Positions 33,576 to 45,414 of a stretch of 64,000 nt of DNA are shown here, piece after piece. The DNA is from Calditrichia bacterium (lineage in GTDB: Bacteria; Calditrichota; Calditrichia; JAJRVZ01). How positions within the stretch are numbered: position 1 is the stretch's first letter; each line of letters opens with the position of its first letter. Below the pieces are notes generated by a model. It ran no database searches. It had not been told where the DNA came from and saw nothing but the letters and a program-made list of their open reading frames with translations. Where the stretch lies: contig CAWCNS010000009.1 of the NCBI GenBank assembly GCA_963796965.1, positions 512,001 to 576,000 of the forward strand. The letters run 5' to 3'. Made by a program: the position numbers and the translations under genes.

Positions 33576-34157
33576 TTAATCTGCAACCAAATCCTGGTAT
33601 AATGTTTCTTTTTGATCAGCTGTCAGAAAATGCTCATAGTCATATTCAGGGTGATCAAATCCCAATTTGATCTTCGAGTCTGGTTTAGTAAATCTATCCC
33701 TCTGATCTGCAGATAAATTGAATGTTACATATTGAACAGAACTAAGTTTGTCCTCGGAACCTTGACGCGGATCAAATTCGCAGACAATCCGATCTTCATC
33801 TACCATTAAATAGGTATGTCTCGGCAAATCTACAATTTTTCCCAGAAATTCCTTCCTTTCTTCCACGTCCGAGATCTCTATCAATAAGGATGCACATAAC
33901 TGATTCTTGTCCGGAATTAATTCATTGTAGACATCTAATTCACCTTGTATCCCTGCATCCTCGACGATTCTTTCCGCGCGTGTCATTTCCTGAACCTGGT
34001 ACCACATCGTATCGAAATTTTCAAACAGATAGGTTGCCTTTGGCCCCACATGAATGCGTCTTTTTTCTTTTATGGCCATTATTTTTGGCCGGTACTCTTT
34101 CCGCTGTTTTTCATAGGCGGTTAAATCCAGCACATCCTCTATATGTATTTTTCTCAT
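33576..34157 (-). CDS. DUF3501 family protein
   Basis: RRIHVGP...FENFDTMWYQVQEM.RAE, YNELIP, KLSSVQYV; context with rubrerythrin. Confidence 0.88.
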   Translation of the reverse strand: MRKIHIEDVLDLTAYEKQRKEYRPKIMAIKEKRRIHVGPKATYLFENFDTMWYQVQEMTRAERIVEDAGIQGELDVYNELIPDKNQLCASLLIEISDVEERKEFLGKIVDLPRHTYLMVDEDRIVCEFDPRQGSEDKLSSVQYVTFNLSADQRDRFTKPDSKIKLGFDHPEYDYEHFLTADQKETLYQDLVAD

Positions 34158-34198
34158 ATCTTTTCTTTCATCTTTTTTTTGCCCGATCTATTACTAAT

Positions 34199-34401
34199 CT
34201 CTCACGCAGAGGCGCGGAGACACAGAGAAACATGTATTTATTAAATGCAATCTCTATTAAAAATTAGAATATGTATAAAAAATAAATATAATTAAATTTT
34301 CGCATCGTTAAGCAATAATGAATAATTCAGTATAGATAAAATTTAGATGGTACCATAAGATGATTTATTCACGACTCTGCGACTCTGCGACTCTGCGAGA
34401 A
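34199..34401. repeat. Inverted pair of 8-nt-unit repeat arrays inside an operon
   Basis: CTCACGCAGAGGCGCGGAGACACAGAG ... (CGACTCTG)x3 CGAGA. Confidence 0.7.
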
Positions 34402-34452
34402 AATAAAATCTCAATTTTAGATTTATTATATCGTCCTTTCAGATATCTCTAT

Positions 34453-35805
34453 TTATGTTTCGGCCTCATGTTTCAATTTATTTTCAAAGCCATCTTCTTT
34501 ATATGCCCTGGCGAGGACCTGAATGGTGTGTATAACCTCTTCACCGATTCCCTGTTCTAATTGGATTGCTGCTAAAGGACAATCTGTCGCTATAACATCT
34601 GCTTCACCCTTTTTGATTTTATCGAAAGCTTTTGATCCAATTCGCATGGAATCGGTAAAATTTTCCTTTTTCATTGCCCATGTTCCATTATGGCCACAGC
34701 ATTCATCAACAAGTACGAATGATGTATCACCTATTGTGCGCATCATATCCCGGGAGCGATATCCAATATTTTGTGCACGTAAATGACAGGGAATATGATA
34801 GGCCACCTTTCCGGGAGATGTCTTAAAATCCCGGTTAAACTTATCTTCCCTTTTTAGTTGAAAAAGGTACTCATTACTGTCAAATATAGCCTTGCTGAAT
34901 TTTTGCAGATCCTCTTTAGCATGCTTTTTTTCAAGTAAAACCGGATAGTCATCTTTCATGGTCAGACTACAGGTTGGATTTAATACCAGAACCTTATAGC
35001 CTTTTTCTATAAAGGGAAATAATACCTGATAATTATTCTCCGCTTCACCAACAGCCATATCCAAGTTACCCGATTCCATGGCAGGCATTCCACAGCAATT
35101 TAGAGATGGTACAGTCACATTAATATTATTCTTCCACAGAACGAACAAAGCATCGCGGGCAATCTCCGGATTATTATAATTACCAAAACAGGTGTGAAAT
35201 AATACCACATTGTCCTGGACTTTTTCTGGAGGTACCTCATAGTCTTTTGAATTCTTTTTAAACCAGTCAAAAAAAGTTTGAGATGCAAAAGATGGTAGTT
35301 TTTTGTCACGGTGGATACCCACAACAGATTCCATTATAAGCCGATTCGGTTTAAAGTTATTTGCCCAGTTGGCCAAGGAAGCTGTACTGCATCCAATTTT
35401 CCCCAGCAAATCCGGGTTTCCTAATAATTTATCTCTAAGCGGCACGCCATTTTCCTTAGCCTGAATGGCATCATGTCGAAGGATCAGGCGAGGAAAATCA
35501 AGATTAAATTCATGATTGTCATCTTTTGTATAGGGACATTTAAAATAACAGATCTTGCATTGAAAACATAGTTCTGAGACAGCAGAAATATTTTTCTCAG
35601 TAAATTCTGGTACAGCCCGATTTTCTTTATCGATCAGATCAAATATAGCCGGGAAAGTGTCACAAAATTTAAAACACATCCGGCAGCTATGACAGATCTC
35701 AAAAGTCCGTTCAATCTCTTTCCTCAGGGCTTCTTTATCCCAGTACTTTTCTTCATTTGGATTATATGACAATCCATCTGAGGGTGCAAATTTAATATTC
35801 TCCAT
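34453..35805 (-). CDS. Rubrerythrin-associated Fe-S oxidoreductase (GlpC/HdrD-like, CCG domains)
   Basis: CHSCRMCFKFC, CFQCKICYFKCP, CCGMP, CCGHNG, TDCP. Confidence 0.88.
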   Translation of the reverse strand: MENIKFAPSDGLSYNPNEEKYWDKEALRKEIERTFEICHSCRMCFKFCDTFPAIFDLIDKENRAVPEFTEKNISAVSELCFQCKICYFKCPYTKDDNHEFNLDFPRLILRHDAIQAKENGVPLRDKLLGNPDLLGKIGCSTASLANWANNFKPNRLIMESVVGIHRDKKLPSFASQTFFDWFKKNSKDYEVPPEKVQDNVVLFHTCFGNYNNPEIARDALFVLWKNNINVTVPSLNCCGMPAMESGNLDMAVGEAENNYQVLFPFIEKGYKVLVLNPTCSLTMKDDYPVLLEKKHAKEDLQKFSKAIFDSNEYLFQLKREDKFNRDFKTSPGKVAYHIPCHLRAQNIGYRSRDMMRTIGDTSFVLVDECCGHNGTWAMKKENFTDSMRIGSKAFDKIKKGEADVIATDCPLAAIQLEQGIGEEVIHTIQVLARAYKEDGFENKLKHEAET

Positions 35806-35889
35806 TTATTTGTCCTCTGATTTGTCGTATAAACGTTAAAAATTTGGGAGAGGAATCAACCTCTCCCACACTATTTCAGATCTGAAATG

Positions 35890-36309
35890 TTATTCAACCG
35901 ATTTTAAACCTTGTTCGAACCGACCGGCATGAGATTTCTCTGCTTTGGCTAACGTTTCAAACCAGTCTGCGATTTCGCTAAATCCCTCATCGCGGGCTGT
36001 TTTAGCCATACCAGGATACATGTCTGTATACTCATGGGTTTCACCAGCAATTCCAGCTTTTAAATTATCGACTGTATCATTAATCGGCAGATCGGTGGCT
36101 GGATCACCAACATCCTTTAAATAATCCAGATGACCATGGGCATGTCCGGTTTCACCTTCAGCAGTGTCACGAAATAAACCGGAGATATCTGGATAACCTT
36201 CAATATCAGCCTGTTTAGCAAAATACAGATAACGCCGATTTGCCTGAGACTCACCGGCAAAGGCTTCTTTTAAATTCTGATGTGTCTGGGTTCCCTTTAA
36301 ATCAGGCAT
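35890..36309 (-). CDS. rbr: Short rubrerythrin lacking a rubredoxin domain
   Basis: [43 protein letters not shown]. Confidence 0.93.
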   Translation of the reverse strand: MPDLKGTQTHQNLKEAFAGESQANRRYLYFAKQADIEGYPDISGLFRDTAEGETGHAHGHLDYLKDVGDPATDLPINDTVDNLKAGIAGETHEYTDMYPGMAKTARDEGFSEIADWFETLAKAEKSHAGRFEQGLKSVE

Positions 36310-36548
36310 AATTAATACCTCCTTAAGTTAATGGTTTAGGATTTTTTTAAAATTAAGATAAACTTAGTCTGTCTATTCCTGTTAAATTTAAAATCTTTGA
36401 TATTTTAACAAAGTTTTGGTGTCATTCCGATAGGAATCTTCTATTTTGAAATTGAAAACAGACACGATGGAAGATCCTTTCAGGATTACATTTTTAGTGC
36501 TTTTAATTTCTTTGTCCCGATGAACCCGGACGCTCTGTTAAATCTAAA

Positions 36549-36974
36549 TTATGATTGACAATTCTTACAAATACCATCGATCTGAACCTGATAATGCAAT
36601 ATTTTAAAATCTTTATCAATTTGCTCGGGTATTTTGATCTGATCAAGCGATTCACTAGTGATATCAATAATCTTTTTACATCTCACACATACAAGATGAT
36701 GATGAAAATGAGGATTGCAGTCATAACGGGCAATGTCATGCAAAGGCGTTACTTTAGAAATTAACTCATGTTCAGCCAGCATTTCCATAGTTTTGTAAAC
36801 TGTAGCCAGAGAAATATTGGCGTAATCTTTTTTAACTTCTTTGAATATATCTTCTGCACTTGGATGGCCTCTATGGGCAAGCAATATTTTATATATCGCC
36901 ATTCTGGGATAGGTTACATTCATTCCCCGATTTTTACATTCTTGAATAAAACTATTTAAGGCTTGTTCAGACAT
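36549..36974 (-). CDS. Fur-family regulator, probably PerR
   Basis: HPSAEDIF, SLATVYK, HHHLVCVRC, CKNC; upstream of rubrerythrin. Confidence 0.9.
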   Translation of the reverse strand: MSEQALNSFIQECKNRGMNVTYPRMAIYKILLAHRGHPSAEDIFKEVKKDYANISLATVYKTMEMLAEHELISKVTPLHDIARYDCNPHFHHHLVCVRCKKIIDITSESLDQIKIPEQIDKDFKILHYQVQIDGICKNCQS

Positions 36975-36989
36975 TTAAGAATACTTCCG

Positions 36990-37010
36990 AATTAAGAATC
37001 GTTATTAATT
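36990..37010. promoter_or_regulatory. Putative Per/Fur box; a similar site lies upstream of rbr at about 36351-36368
   Basis: Near-palindrome AATTAAGAATCGTTATTAATT; second site TTAAGATAAACTTAG. Confidence 0.5.
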
Positions 37011-37186
37011 TACAATTATTATAGAACGAAAACAATAGAAAATTAATCCTGTTTCGTTTCAAAACCTTCATTTTCAGGAATCTTTGCTTCATTGATCCCA
37101 AACTATTAAACTTTCCCCTTTACTCCTGGTGAATGGTATATTTTCATCACGCTTACCCCTCACCTTTTATGAGCGGGAAATAAGGA

Positions 37187-38155
37187 GTGAATCCCAATTT
37201 TGAGACCTATTTAATGAACCTAACCAATCCAAAATTTCGTAAAATTGTTGCTTTTGCCATAATTTACCTTGTTTGGGGAAGCACTTACATGGCTATTCGT
37301 TTGGCCATCGATACGATTCCACCATTTCTAATGGCCGGTAGCCGCTTTACGATAGCCGGACTTCTGTTTCTACTCTGGTGCTATTGGCGCTTTGAGAAAA
37401 GACCAACAATACAAGACTGGGCCCATGCTGCTGTTCCGGGAATTTTATTGTTTGTCTGTGGAAACGGTAGTCTAACCTGGGCAGAACAGTATATTCCTTC
37501 GGGATTAGCAGCCCTGATTATTGCAACCCTGTCTTTGTGGATGGTATTGCTCGAGTGGTTAATCTATAAAGGCAAAAGACCTGATTTATTCACCATAGCC
37601 GGAATAATTCTGGGATTAGGTGGTGTCGCCCTTCTATCCACCGTTGGTGAGGAAGTATTGCTACCTTCAAGCGGAGATGGTGTTACAGTCACTTTTGGTA
37701 TTATAGTTCTGGCCTTAGCTGCCGCATCCTGGGCTGCAGGTTCACTCTATTCACGACATGTAAGATCCGATATTCCAATTCAGTTCACTATTAGTATGCA
37801 AATATTAGTTGGGGGTATCGTACTTCTTATAGTTGCTACAATTCAGAATGAATGGGCAGAATTTTCTTTTGAAAAAATCACGCTGGTATCCCACCTCGCT
37901 ATGGTCTATATGGTATTTATTGGATCATTACTTGCCTATTCCGCTTATGTATGGCTTATGCGTGTTAGCACTCCCGCAAAAGTTGGCACCTATGCTTTTT
38001 TTAATCCGCTTGTGGCCGTTCTTTTAGGCTGGTTATTATTAGATGAACCATTGACTATTCAAACACTCATTGCAGCTGGATGTATCCTTATATCTATTCT
38101 GTTGGTCAATCGCTCGATATTTCGAATTAAATCTAATAATTCCCAGGGCTTATAA
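37187..38155 (+). CDS. EamA/DMT transporter (start may be ATG 37214)
   Basis: IYLVWGSTY, GSLLAYSAYVWL, YAFFNPLVAVLLG; about 10 TM segments. Confidence 0.92.
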   Translation: MNPNFETYLMNLTNPKFRKIVAFAIIYLVWGSTYMAIRLAIDTIPPFLMAGSRFTIAGLLFLLWCYWRFEKRPTIQDWAHAAVPGILLFVCGNGSLTWAEQYIPSGLAALIIATLSLWMVLLEWLIYKGKRPDLFTIAGIILGLGGVALLSTVGEEVLLPSSGDGVTVTFGIIVLALAAASWAAGSLYSRHVRSDIPIQFTISMQILVGGIVLLIVATIQNEWAEFSFEKITLVSHLAMVYMVFIGSLLAYSAYVWLMRVSTPAKVGTYAFFNPLVAVLLGWLLLDEPLTIQTLIAAGCILISILLVNRSIFRIKSNNSQGL

Positions 38156-38301
38156 AATTATTCCGGTTCTGGGTAATTTTTTTACACTTTTACCTGGATT
38201 TGGTCTATCCCAAATAAAAAGATCATCGATTTCAATCTAAAAAAGCCTGTATTCACTTTGTCTATTCCAATTTTTCTTTAAGCTAAAAAATTTGTAAATT
38301 A

Positions 38302-38318
38302 TTGGTTTGATAATTGCA
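38302..38318 (+). promoter_or_regulatory. Putative sigma54 (-24/-12) promoter
   Basis: TTGGTTTGATAATTGCA = GG-N10-GC, about 48 bp upstream of ATG 38366. Confidence 0.6.
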
Positions 38319-38365
38319 GTAGTCAACTAAATTTAAAATGAGTTTATCATTATTGGGGATACCTT

Positions 38366-40731
38366 ATGAAACATTCAAAGTGGATCATCTATTTCGCCAG
38401 TTTGCTATTAGCGGGTTGTGCTGCTTATAAAGAACTGCAACCAGAACCAAAAATTTCCTTTATCGAGGATGGCTACATCGAACTTCAGGATGATGATGAA
38501 GATTTTGAGCTGAAGTGAGGGGAAAAAGTACTTTATTAAATATCCACAGCCTCAATTTGAAAATACTTACCTGGTACTCACCATCTCTGAGAAAAGCGCA
38601 ATCAACTCTTACCTAACAAGAGCTTTTGATGATGGTGAGGGTACGATTATAAAGATGACCGATGAAAGCGAAGTACCTGAAAAGTTAAGTGTTTTTACTT
38701 TAGATAAGATGGTTCCAACTTATTATTGGGTTATCGATAATGTCAGCCGCGATGTGGTTCTTCATATGACCTATCGTTATGTAGCAATCTGGCGTTTCAA
38801 ATTCGAAAATAAGTATGCTGAATTTGAAAAAACTCTGAAAGATAATACCCAATCCCGGAAGTTTATCAATGATATTGGGGTATCAGTCCGTTTAAATGAC
38901 CTGGATTATTCCGCTGAAAAAAATACCGTCACCTCTAAACTGAAAAACATTGAGACAGTTAATAACCAACTTCATGAGATTGAGGCGATCTTACCGGCAA
39001 CTATATTGAACAGCCAGGATCCTGCTTATAAAGATTACGTCCTTTTAAAAAAGCAAATTGACGATGAATTGATATTTCAACGCAATTATATTAAAACTCT
39101 GGGCCTGTTAGAGGTTCTGACAGCTACAAATCCCAACATGGATACCTTCGTTAGTTTGGCACCTGATTATACCGCCCTGATGACAGACCAGTCACGTTAC
39201 TCTCCAAGTTTTTACCAGGAGACAAAAAAGGCCTTAACCAAAATTTTGCCTACAGTTGTTCCTCATTACGAAAACAGCATGTCAAAAAAAATGGATATTG
39301 CTCCATTAGAAATCAATCTAAAGCCTGTCTATAATCTTTATGGTGCAATTGGATTAACTGTTGATCCCAACTTCTCTGAACTAGATTCTTTTATTGCTAA
39401 TTATAATAAAAGAAGCAAGGCACTTTCTGAGGTAAGGAGAGAATTGGATACACTTAAAAATTCTAAAGCCTCCGGTCAGGGCTGGCCTTCCGATGGATTT
39501 TTCAAAGAAAAAAGGAATACCTTATCTCAGCTATCGGCAAAACTTCCACGCGCAGATAAACAAATCTATGGGCAATACCAGACCTATAAATGCGCGACCA
39601 TGCTGGACCAATCCCTGACTAAAACGCGTCAGGAAATTTGGCGTCTTGATCAGCAATATCAACGAGCCGGGTTACTCGTCCCACAAATAAATCAATTGCG
39701 TCGGGAAGGAAATTTTAGCGGAATTCTCCATTTGCTAAAACAAAATCGTGATTTAAAGTTTTTGATGGCTCAATATGCTGTGGTGGACGAATTATCGCTT
39801 AGTCAGCAACGCCAGGCTATTTCGAGTGCTTTAAGAGCTAATGATTTTCCTCGTGCGGAAAGCGCCTTAAGAGATCTGGCGCTTAATAAAGATTACCTGA
39901 ATCCGGGTCTGATTTTACCCCGCAAAGACAAATTGGTAAGAGCCTATGAAGACTCTCTCTTCAATGAAGTAGAAAAGGTTTCCTTAGCAAATGCCAATGC
40001 ATTTATCCAGGCGAATAAAACAACAGTAACAACTGTTGACTCTCTTTACAGCAATAAAGCCTTATACCCGGCACATATTTTTACTTATAGTCCAACCCCG
40101 GGTAAAGCCGCTCAGAGCAACAAATCCCTTGCTGACAAGATGGCTTATATCCGAACTCAAAAATTTCCGGAAACCGCTATTGAATCATTATACCGGGCTC
40201 TGACAGATGCTATGCATGTGCAGGGTGTAGAAAAAGCGCGGGCTGTCGTAATCCACGGTAAGTATTATTCCGGAAGTAAAAAGAATATAAAAAATCTAAT
40301 CGGTGAATGTGATCCCGGGGCATCGAAGTGGATTACAAAAGCCAAGGAATATCGCAAAATTTTTACCCTACCCTTAACAAATAATATTGGCGGTGAAAAT
40401 CAGTACATGGCAAAAATAAATATTCGAATACCTACTGAAGCCAAATTTCCTGTTTATGATATAAACATCCGTTTGCCTCAGGAAGTAGCACGCCATGCAG
40501 GAAGCAAACAGTGGTATGAAAAGATTACCTTTAATGGAAAACTTCTTAAAAACGAAGGTCGCTTCACCATAACGGCGCCTGATCCCAACAACGATTATAT
40601 TGCCCAAATCACGCCACTACAAGTTAATAAAACAGGTAATAATGTGTTGGAAATTCTTTTTCAGCTATAAAGCATTTAAAGTTTTAGAAATTAGTGTTTT
40701 GGCACAGAAGCCAATCATAAAAAAGAATTAA
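38366..40731 (+). CDS. Large orphan lipoprotein (about 790 aa); frameshifts near 38515 and 40660
   Basis: MKHSKWIIYFASLLLAGC lipobox at 38366; open frame resumes at EGKKYFIKYP into ORF 38655..40670; tail FSYKAFKVLEISVLAQKPIIKKN* in another frame. Confidence 0.75.
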
Positions 40732-40810
40732 AAAAATTACGAATGTATATATGAATCGGAAATCTTGATGCGGTTTGGGTGAGTCGCTTCATGAATTAAG
40801 GGAGTATACT

Positions 40811-42526
40811 ATGAAAAAATATTATATTATTGGTGCTGGTGTATTGGTAGCAGCTATTGTTGCTGTTTTTTTCCTTTGGAAAAAAGACCTTTCCGACCGG
40901 ATTGTTATTCCATATATCTCACATCAAAAACCAATTATCGATCCCCATCTACCTGACCATATAGGACTATCGGACAAATTGGATGAGGTCCTGTTTGACG
41001 GTCTATTTAATGTATCTGCCAATCCAAGTGGCATAACTTATGAAGATGCATTAGGTGAGTTTATCAGTATTGATGATAATGCAGTGGTTACTATCCGTTT
41101 AAAAACTGATAAAAAATGGCATGATAGTTATTTTATAAAAGCTGATGATGATGATATTTCGGTGGAGGAACGCGAAGTTCGTACTTTTTCCGCCAAGGAT
41201 TTAAGTTTCACACTTCGACGTATCCAACAACTGGCCAGTTTATCACCAGATTATATTCTTGTCGGGCAGGCTATCAAATCATTTTCATTTGATGGACCCG
41301 ATATCAACAATGAGATCCGTCTGCAGTTCAGTCCTGACCGTGTGTGGATTGAACCTGATATCAAGGAAATATTATCTTTTAAAATTATTCCACACAATTC
41401 TGATATTGCCTCAACCCGGTTTGAAATTGGAAGTGGACCCTATATGACCATTGACAGGAAGTCACCTGTTTCAAACTTTTTTAAAAATCCAGATGAAAAG
41501 ACGAAAATCCCAAAAGTTATTCTGGAGCCATTTATTGATAACAGCACTTTTACAACAGAATTGAGCAATAATAATATTAATACACTTCTTGAAACACCAT
41601 TTGGGAGTCTCTCCCCAATTTTATCAGATGCGGAGGACTATTTTACTAAATCCAATATAAGTACAACTTTTTTTGCACTCATTTTTAATACAGAAAGACT
41701 TAATCGCACGCAGCGCAAAGAGGTACGCAAATTAATCGATCGGGAAAACATTGTTAACCGCTTTTATAAAGTTGGCAGTCAGCAGCAACGACATATAAGT
41801 GATTATAAAGGAAATAATGATAATTATAATGACTATCTCAATTACAGCGTTTTCCCTTCTTCCTCATATTACGTTGATGAACAGATCGTCATACCCTTAA
41901 AGGAAAAAGCCATTCCGGATCTGTCTGTTTTACCAGATAGTATCCGTATAAAAGCATGTCTCAACTATGGCTTCCGGGAAGAGTATCGTGATCTAATCGA
42001 AATTATGAATGATCCCGCCATATCGAAAGGACGCTTAAGGGTCACAACTGTACAAAATAAAGATATCCGGCAGGGAAATTATGATGCCTTATTAATTGCC
42101 ATTTCCGGCTATAGCAGTAAATTTTTATTTGATCTTTATGACATTTTCCTTCGGGAACCAGACCTCGCTCAATATAAAATTAACCTGCTAACTGGTGGGA
42201 ATGGTCAAATCCTTCCATCATCATTTACCAGCGACAAAAATTTATTCAGACTAGATCCCCAGCAAAATATTGCTGAACAAGAAGATATTTTACACCTGCT
42301 GGAGTACATCTATGGTTTTATGGATACGCGTGAAATCGGAGATAAGCAAGTCTATTCCAGAATGATCGATGAATTAGAACAAGATATGGCCCTTGGAACG
42401 TGGTTATTTTCTCTTCCTTCTCTGGCATATTTTACTACACAATTTGACGCAGAAACGATCGATCTCTATGGTGTTGCTTCACAATTATCCACTATTGAAA
42501 AATGGGAAGAGAAAAAAGACGATTAA
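40811..42526 (+). CDS. Divergent family-5 (OppA/DppA-like) ABC substrate-binding protein with N-terminal TM anchor
   Basis: LFDGL, IRLKTDKKWHDS, FSAKDLSFT, GSGPY; hydrophobic N-terminus without a lipobox. Confidence 0.7.
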   Translation: MKKYYIIGAGVLVAAIVAVFFLWKKDLSDRIVIPYISHQKPIIDPHLPDHIGLSDKLDEVLFDGLFNVSANPSGITYEDALGEFISIDDNAVVTIRLKTDKKWHDSYFIKADDDDISVEEREVRTFSAKDLSFTLRRIQQLASLSPDYILVGQAIKSFSFDGPDINNEIRLQFSPDRVWIEPDIKEILSFKIIPHNSDIASTRFEIGSGPYMTIDRKSPVSNFFKNPDEKTKIPKVILEPFIDNSTFTTELSNNNINTLLETPFGSLSPILSDAEDYFTKSNISTTFFALIFNTERLNRTQRKEVRKLIDRENIVNRFYKVGSQQQRHISDYKGNNDNYNDYLNYSVFPSSSYYVDEQIVIPLKEKAIPDLSVLPDSIRIKACLNYGFREEYRDLIEIMNDPAISKGRLRVTTVQNKDIRQGNYDALLIAISGYSSKFLFDLYDIFLREPDLAQYKINLLTGGNGQILPSSFTSDKNLFRLDPQQNIAEQEDILHLLEYIYGFMDTREIGDKQVYSRMIDELEQDMALGTWLFSLPSLAYFTTQFDAETIDLYGVASQLSTIEKWEEKKDD

Positions 42527-43402
42527 ATGATAAAAGGTACAAAAAATATCCCTGTCAGTTATCATTTGGTAGTCTTTTTATCATTCTTTTTGATCATGCT
42601 CTACCAAACGATTTTAAGGGCTGAAACTTATTGGATAATAGAGAACCCGTCAGCTCTGGTCATATATAATCAATATGAACAACGGATGGCAGAATCAGAA
42701 AAAACGGCGTTACAAAAGTTTTCAGTATGGAAGATTTTGTCTGAGAACCAGTTTCTTTCTGATCAATTTACCGCTATTACTAAAGTTTCTCTCACAAATA
42801 AAATATTCTATTTTCAACGGTCTGTGAATGGGGAATTGATTAACTACGAGGACGCCGGTCGTATAGAAATATTAAAAAATCCCAAGATTATTGGCGATAC
42901 AATTCGTATAAAGCAAACCAATCAGATATTTCTTGTCAATGCTGAAGAACCAATAGGGCTATCTGAAGGGACACTTTTAAAGCGTCATTTTAAATATCAA
43001 AACCGGTATTATGTTGAAAAGGTGGGCAATAAACAAACCGGCTGGATCACGTTACCCCTTACAAATTTTTGGGAAAAATATCGCCCGGGAAGCATAGAGT
43101 CTCCTCCTGATGAAAAGATTTTAATCCAAATTGAAAATATATTTAAAACTTACAATCAGCGTCTGGGAAAACTTTTTGAATATTTAAACACCAAATATGA
43201 AACCCGCCATCCTTTGCCACAGTGGTCTGGTGAAAGGTTTGCCTCATCTATTCGTTACAAAATTAAACCCAATTCATACCGTAACCGTTTTAATGATACC
43301 CAGTTCCAAATCATTCAGGAACTTCGTGACCAACTACACGGCAGCTCCTTTCAGGTTAAAGAGGATCAGAACCAGATCATTATCAGTAGGGAATCAAATT
43401 AG
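42527..43402 (+). CDS. Exported hypothetical protein
   Basis: Starts immediately after the SBP stop; N-terminal hydrophobic segment; no motif recognised. Confidence 0.75.
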   Translation: MIKGTKNIPVSYHLVVFLSFFLIMLYQTILRAETYWIIENPSALVIYNQYEQRMAESEKTALQKFSVWKILSENQFLSDQFTAITKVSLTNKIFYFQRSVNGELINYEDAGRIEILKNPKIIGDTIRIKQTNQIFLVNAEEPIGLSEGTLLKRHFKYQNRYYVEKVGNKQTGWITLPLTNFWEKYRPGSIESPPDEKILIQIENIFKTYNQRLGKLFEYLNTKYETRHPLPQWSGERFASSIRYKIKPNSYRNRFNDTQFQIIQELRDQLHGSSFQVKEDQNQIIISRESN

Positions 43403-43406
43403 CCTT

Positions 43407-44548
43407 ATGGTCACAAAATTTAATGCCCATATCATTAGCATTCTTTTTGTTGCTCTGATATTTTTGATAATTCAATTCTTCCTTTTATCTTCCGATAGCA
43501 GATCATCCTATTATCATATAGATGAAATTGAAAACTATACCCAGCTTGACTTTCTTGACTTGAGCAATCCAAAAGACCAAATTTTGTTGCGAGAATCCCT
43601 CGATTTTTTTGAACCCCACAAGACAATGCAACATGATACACTTCTTTCAGAAATTGAACTTTATCTTAAAGATCGCTTTACACAAACAGCCCGTTCGAGA
43701 GATAATGAAGCAGACATTACCTTAACAAAGCTTTCTGAAATTTTAATGATGATACTCAAATTTTCATTTATCTATGTCCTTGTATTACTTATTACCTATT
43801 ATGGTGTTGAAACATTTGCCACGTACCGGTTTATTCGTTTTCAACAGGGTCGTGGATTTGTGACCAGACTCCTGGTTGCTCTGGACAAAATTCAGCTCTT
43901 CTAAAAATAAGCAAGAGAGGCTGAAATATTTTGGTAATTTTCTCGAAAAATCTGCTAAAGGAATCCTAAAGGGACTTATCTTCCTCACTCTGTTCGCTCC
44001 TGCATATGTTATCGCTTACTCGTTTAAACCAAGTTTTGATACCAGTTCTGTATTGCTGATGGTTCTCCTCGGTGTGATATCAAATGGTTTATTGATTACC
44101 TATACACAAAAGTATTTTACATTTCTGGTGCAAGAGAGTCGTAAAGGATATATACAAACGGCCATAGTAAAAAACTTGAATAAAAGACTATATTTTTAAA
44201 GATAAAAATGGTATAGCACTTTCTTCGATTTTTAAAATAAAAAAGCAATTTCCAGGACATGTTTTTGATCAAATATATGAGAATGTCAGATTTCAATACT
44301 TAAAGACATTAAAAGAACAGGCTTCCTTTCTGATCAGTGGGCTAATTATCATCGAAATGGCATTAAATATCCAGGGCCATCTCTGCTATGAGCTTATGCA
44401 ACATATCTTATACAAAAACTTTTCTCTGGTGTTAATCATTATATTTGGCATATTTTTAATTGTGAAAATAACTGAAATGGTAATTGACTACATCGCCACA
44501 CGACATCAATATAAAATTGATGGTAAGAAAGTGATGGCGAGCCAATGA
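43407..44548 (+). CDS. Divergent OppB-like ABC permease; frameshifts near 43875 and 44185
   Basis: EAA-like loop ESRKGYIQTAIVKNL; FLISGLIIIEMALNIQG; pieces in ORFs 43197..43904, 43876..44199 and 44357..44548. Confidence 0.7.
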
Positions 44549-45414
44549 CAGATATTAAAAAAAATATTGCTGTGCTCTACAAAAAGAAGGACTTATTATG
44601 GTTTTTACTTTGGCTTAGCGGTTTGTTCTTAATTTGGTCATGGAATTTGCTCTTTCTAAATACACCAGCCTTCTATCAGCTCATCTCCGGTTTTATTAAC
44701 ACCATCATTGTTTCATTTATGGTAATTATTTTTTCTGCTTTCCTGGGCTGGTCTGCCATATTAATTGATCATTGGCTCACCCAGCATTACCCTAAGGGAC
44801 AGATAATTCTGATTTTCTTTATAAACCTGATTCGATCAATACCTCAGATTGTTGGCATTTTAATGGGTTATGTACTCTTAACTATTCTCATTCAGGATCA
44901 GGTTCTTACGGGTGATGTTCTGATACTGGTGGCTATGGCTTTAATTATTGCTCTATTTGTCTTTCTGGAAGTTTTTGATCTTTTAAAAGAGCGGATTGCT
45001 CATTTCCGGCGTCTGGATTTTTTTAATGCCATGCTGGTATGTGGAATTAAGGAGAGATATATTATAAACCGGGAGATTATTTTACGCAGCAGCCTACTCC
45101 ATGTCGTTAATAAATTAATTGCATTATTCGGAGTAGCAATCTTTTTGTTGTGCAGTGTAGATTTTATTATCTCAGTTGGCCTATCGACTGAAATAAGCGC
45201 TGTTGATTTACCGATTACTTTAGGTAGCCTGCTGGCAAAAATTGATAGTAAGCAAGATATTCTGGCCATAGGGCATTCATTGACGCATTGGGATTATATT
45301 ATTCGTCTGCCTTTTGAACATCTTCAGGGTATTACCGTTGCCTTTCTTATTGTTTTTACCCTGGTCTGTATGTACCAAATCACAAATGGGTACACCCGGA
45401 GGGTCCATCTGTGA
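44545..45414 (+). CDS. Divergent OppC-like ABC permease
   Basis: IRSIPQIV; EAA-like RRLDFFNAMLVCGIKERYIINREIL; ATGA overlap with the upstream gene. Confidence 0.75.
   Translation: MTDIKKNIAVLYKKKDLLWFLLWLSGLFLIWSWNLLFLNTPAFYQLISGFINTIIVSFMVIIFSAFLGWSAILIDHWLTQHYPKGQIILIFFINLIRSIPQIVGILMGYVLLTILIQDQVLTGDVLILVAMALIIALFVFLEVFDLLKERIAHFRRLDFFNAMLVCGIKERYIINREIILRSSLLHVVNKLIALFGVAIFLLCSVDFIISVGLSTEISAVDLPITLGSLLAKIDSKQDILAIGHSLTHWDYIIRLPFEHLQGITVAFLIVFTLVCMYQITNGYTRRVHL

Noticed and set aside
640..44200. About ten split genes as programmed frameshifting or mass pseudogenisation
   Set aside because: The breaks are single-base indels, often in or near short homopolymers, and hit housekeeping genes such as serA while both halves stay intact. 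Uncorrected long-read error is the simpler explanation; read mapping is needed to confirm
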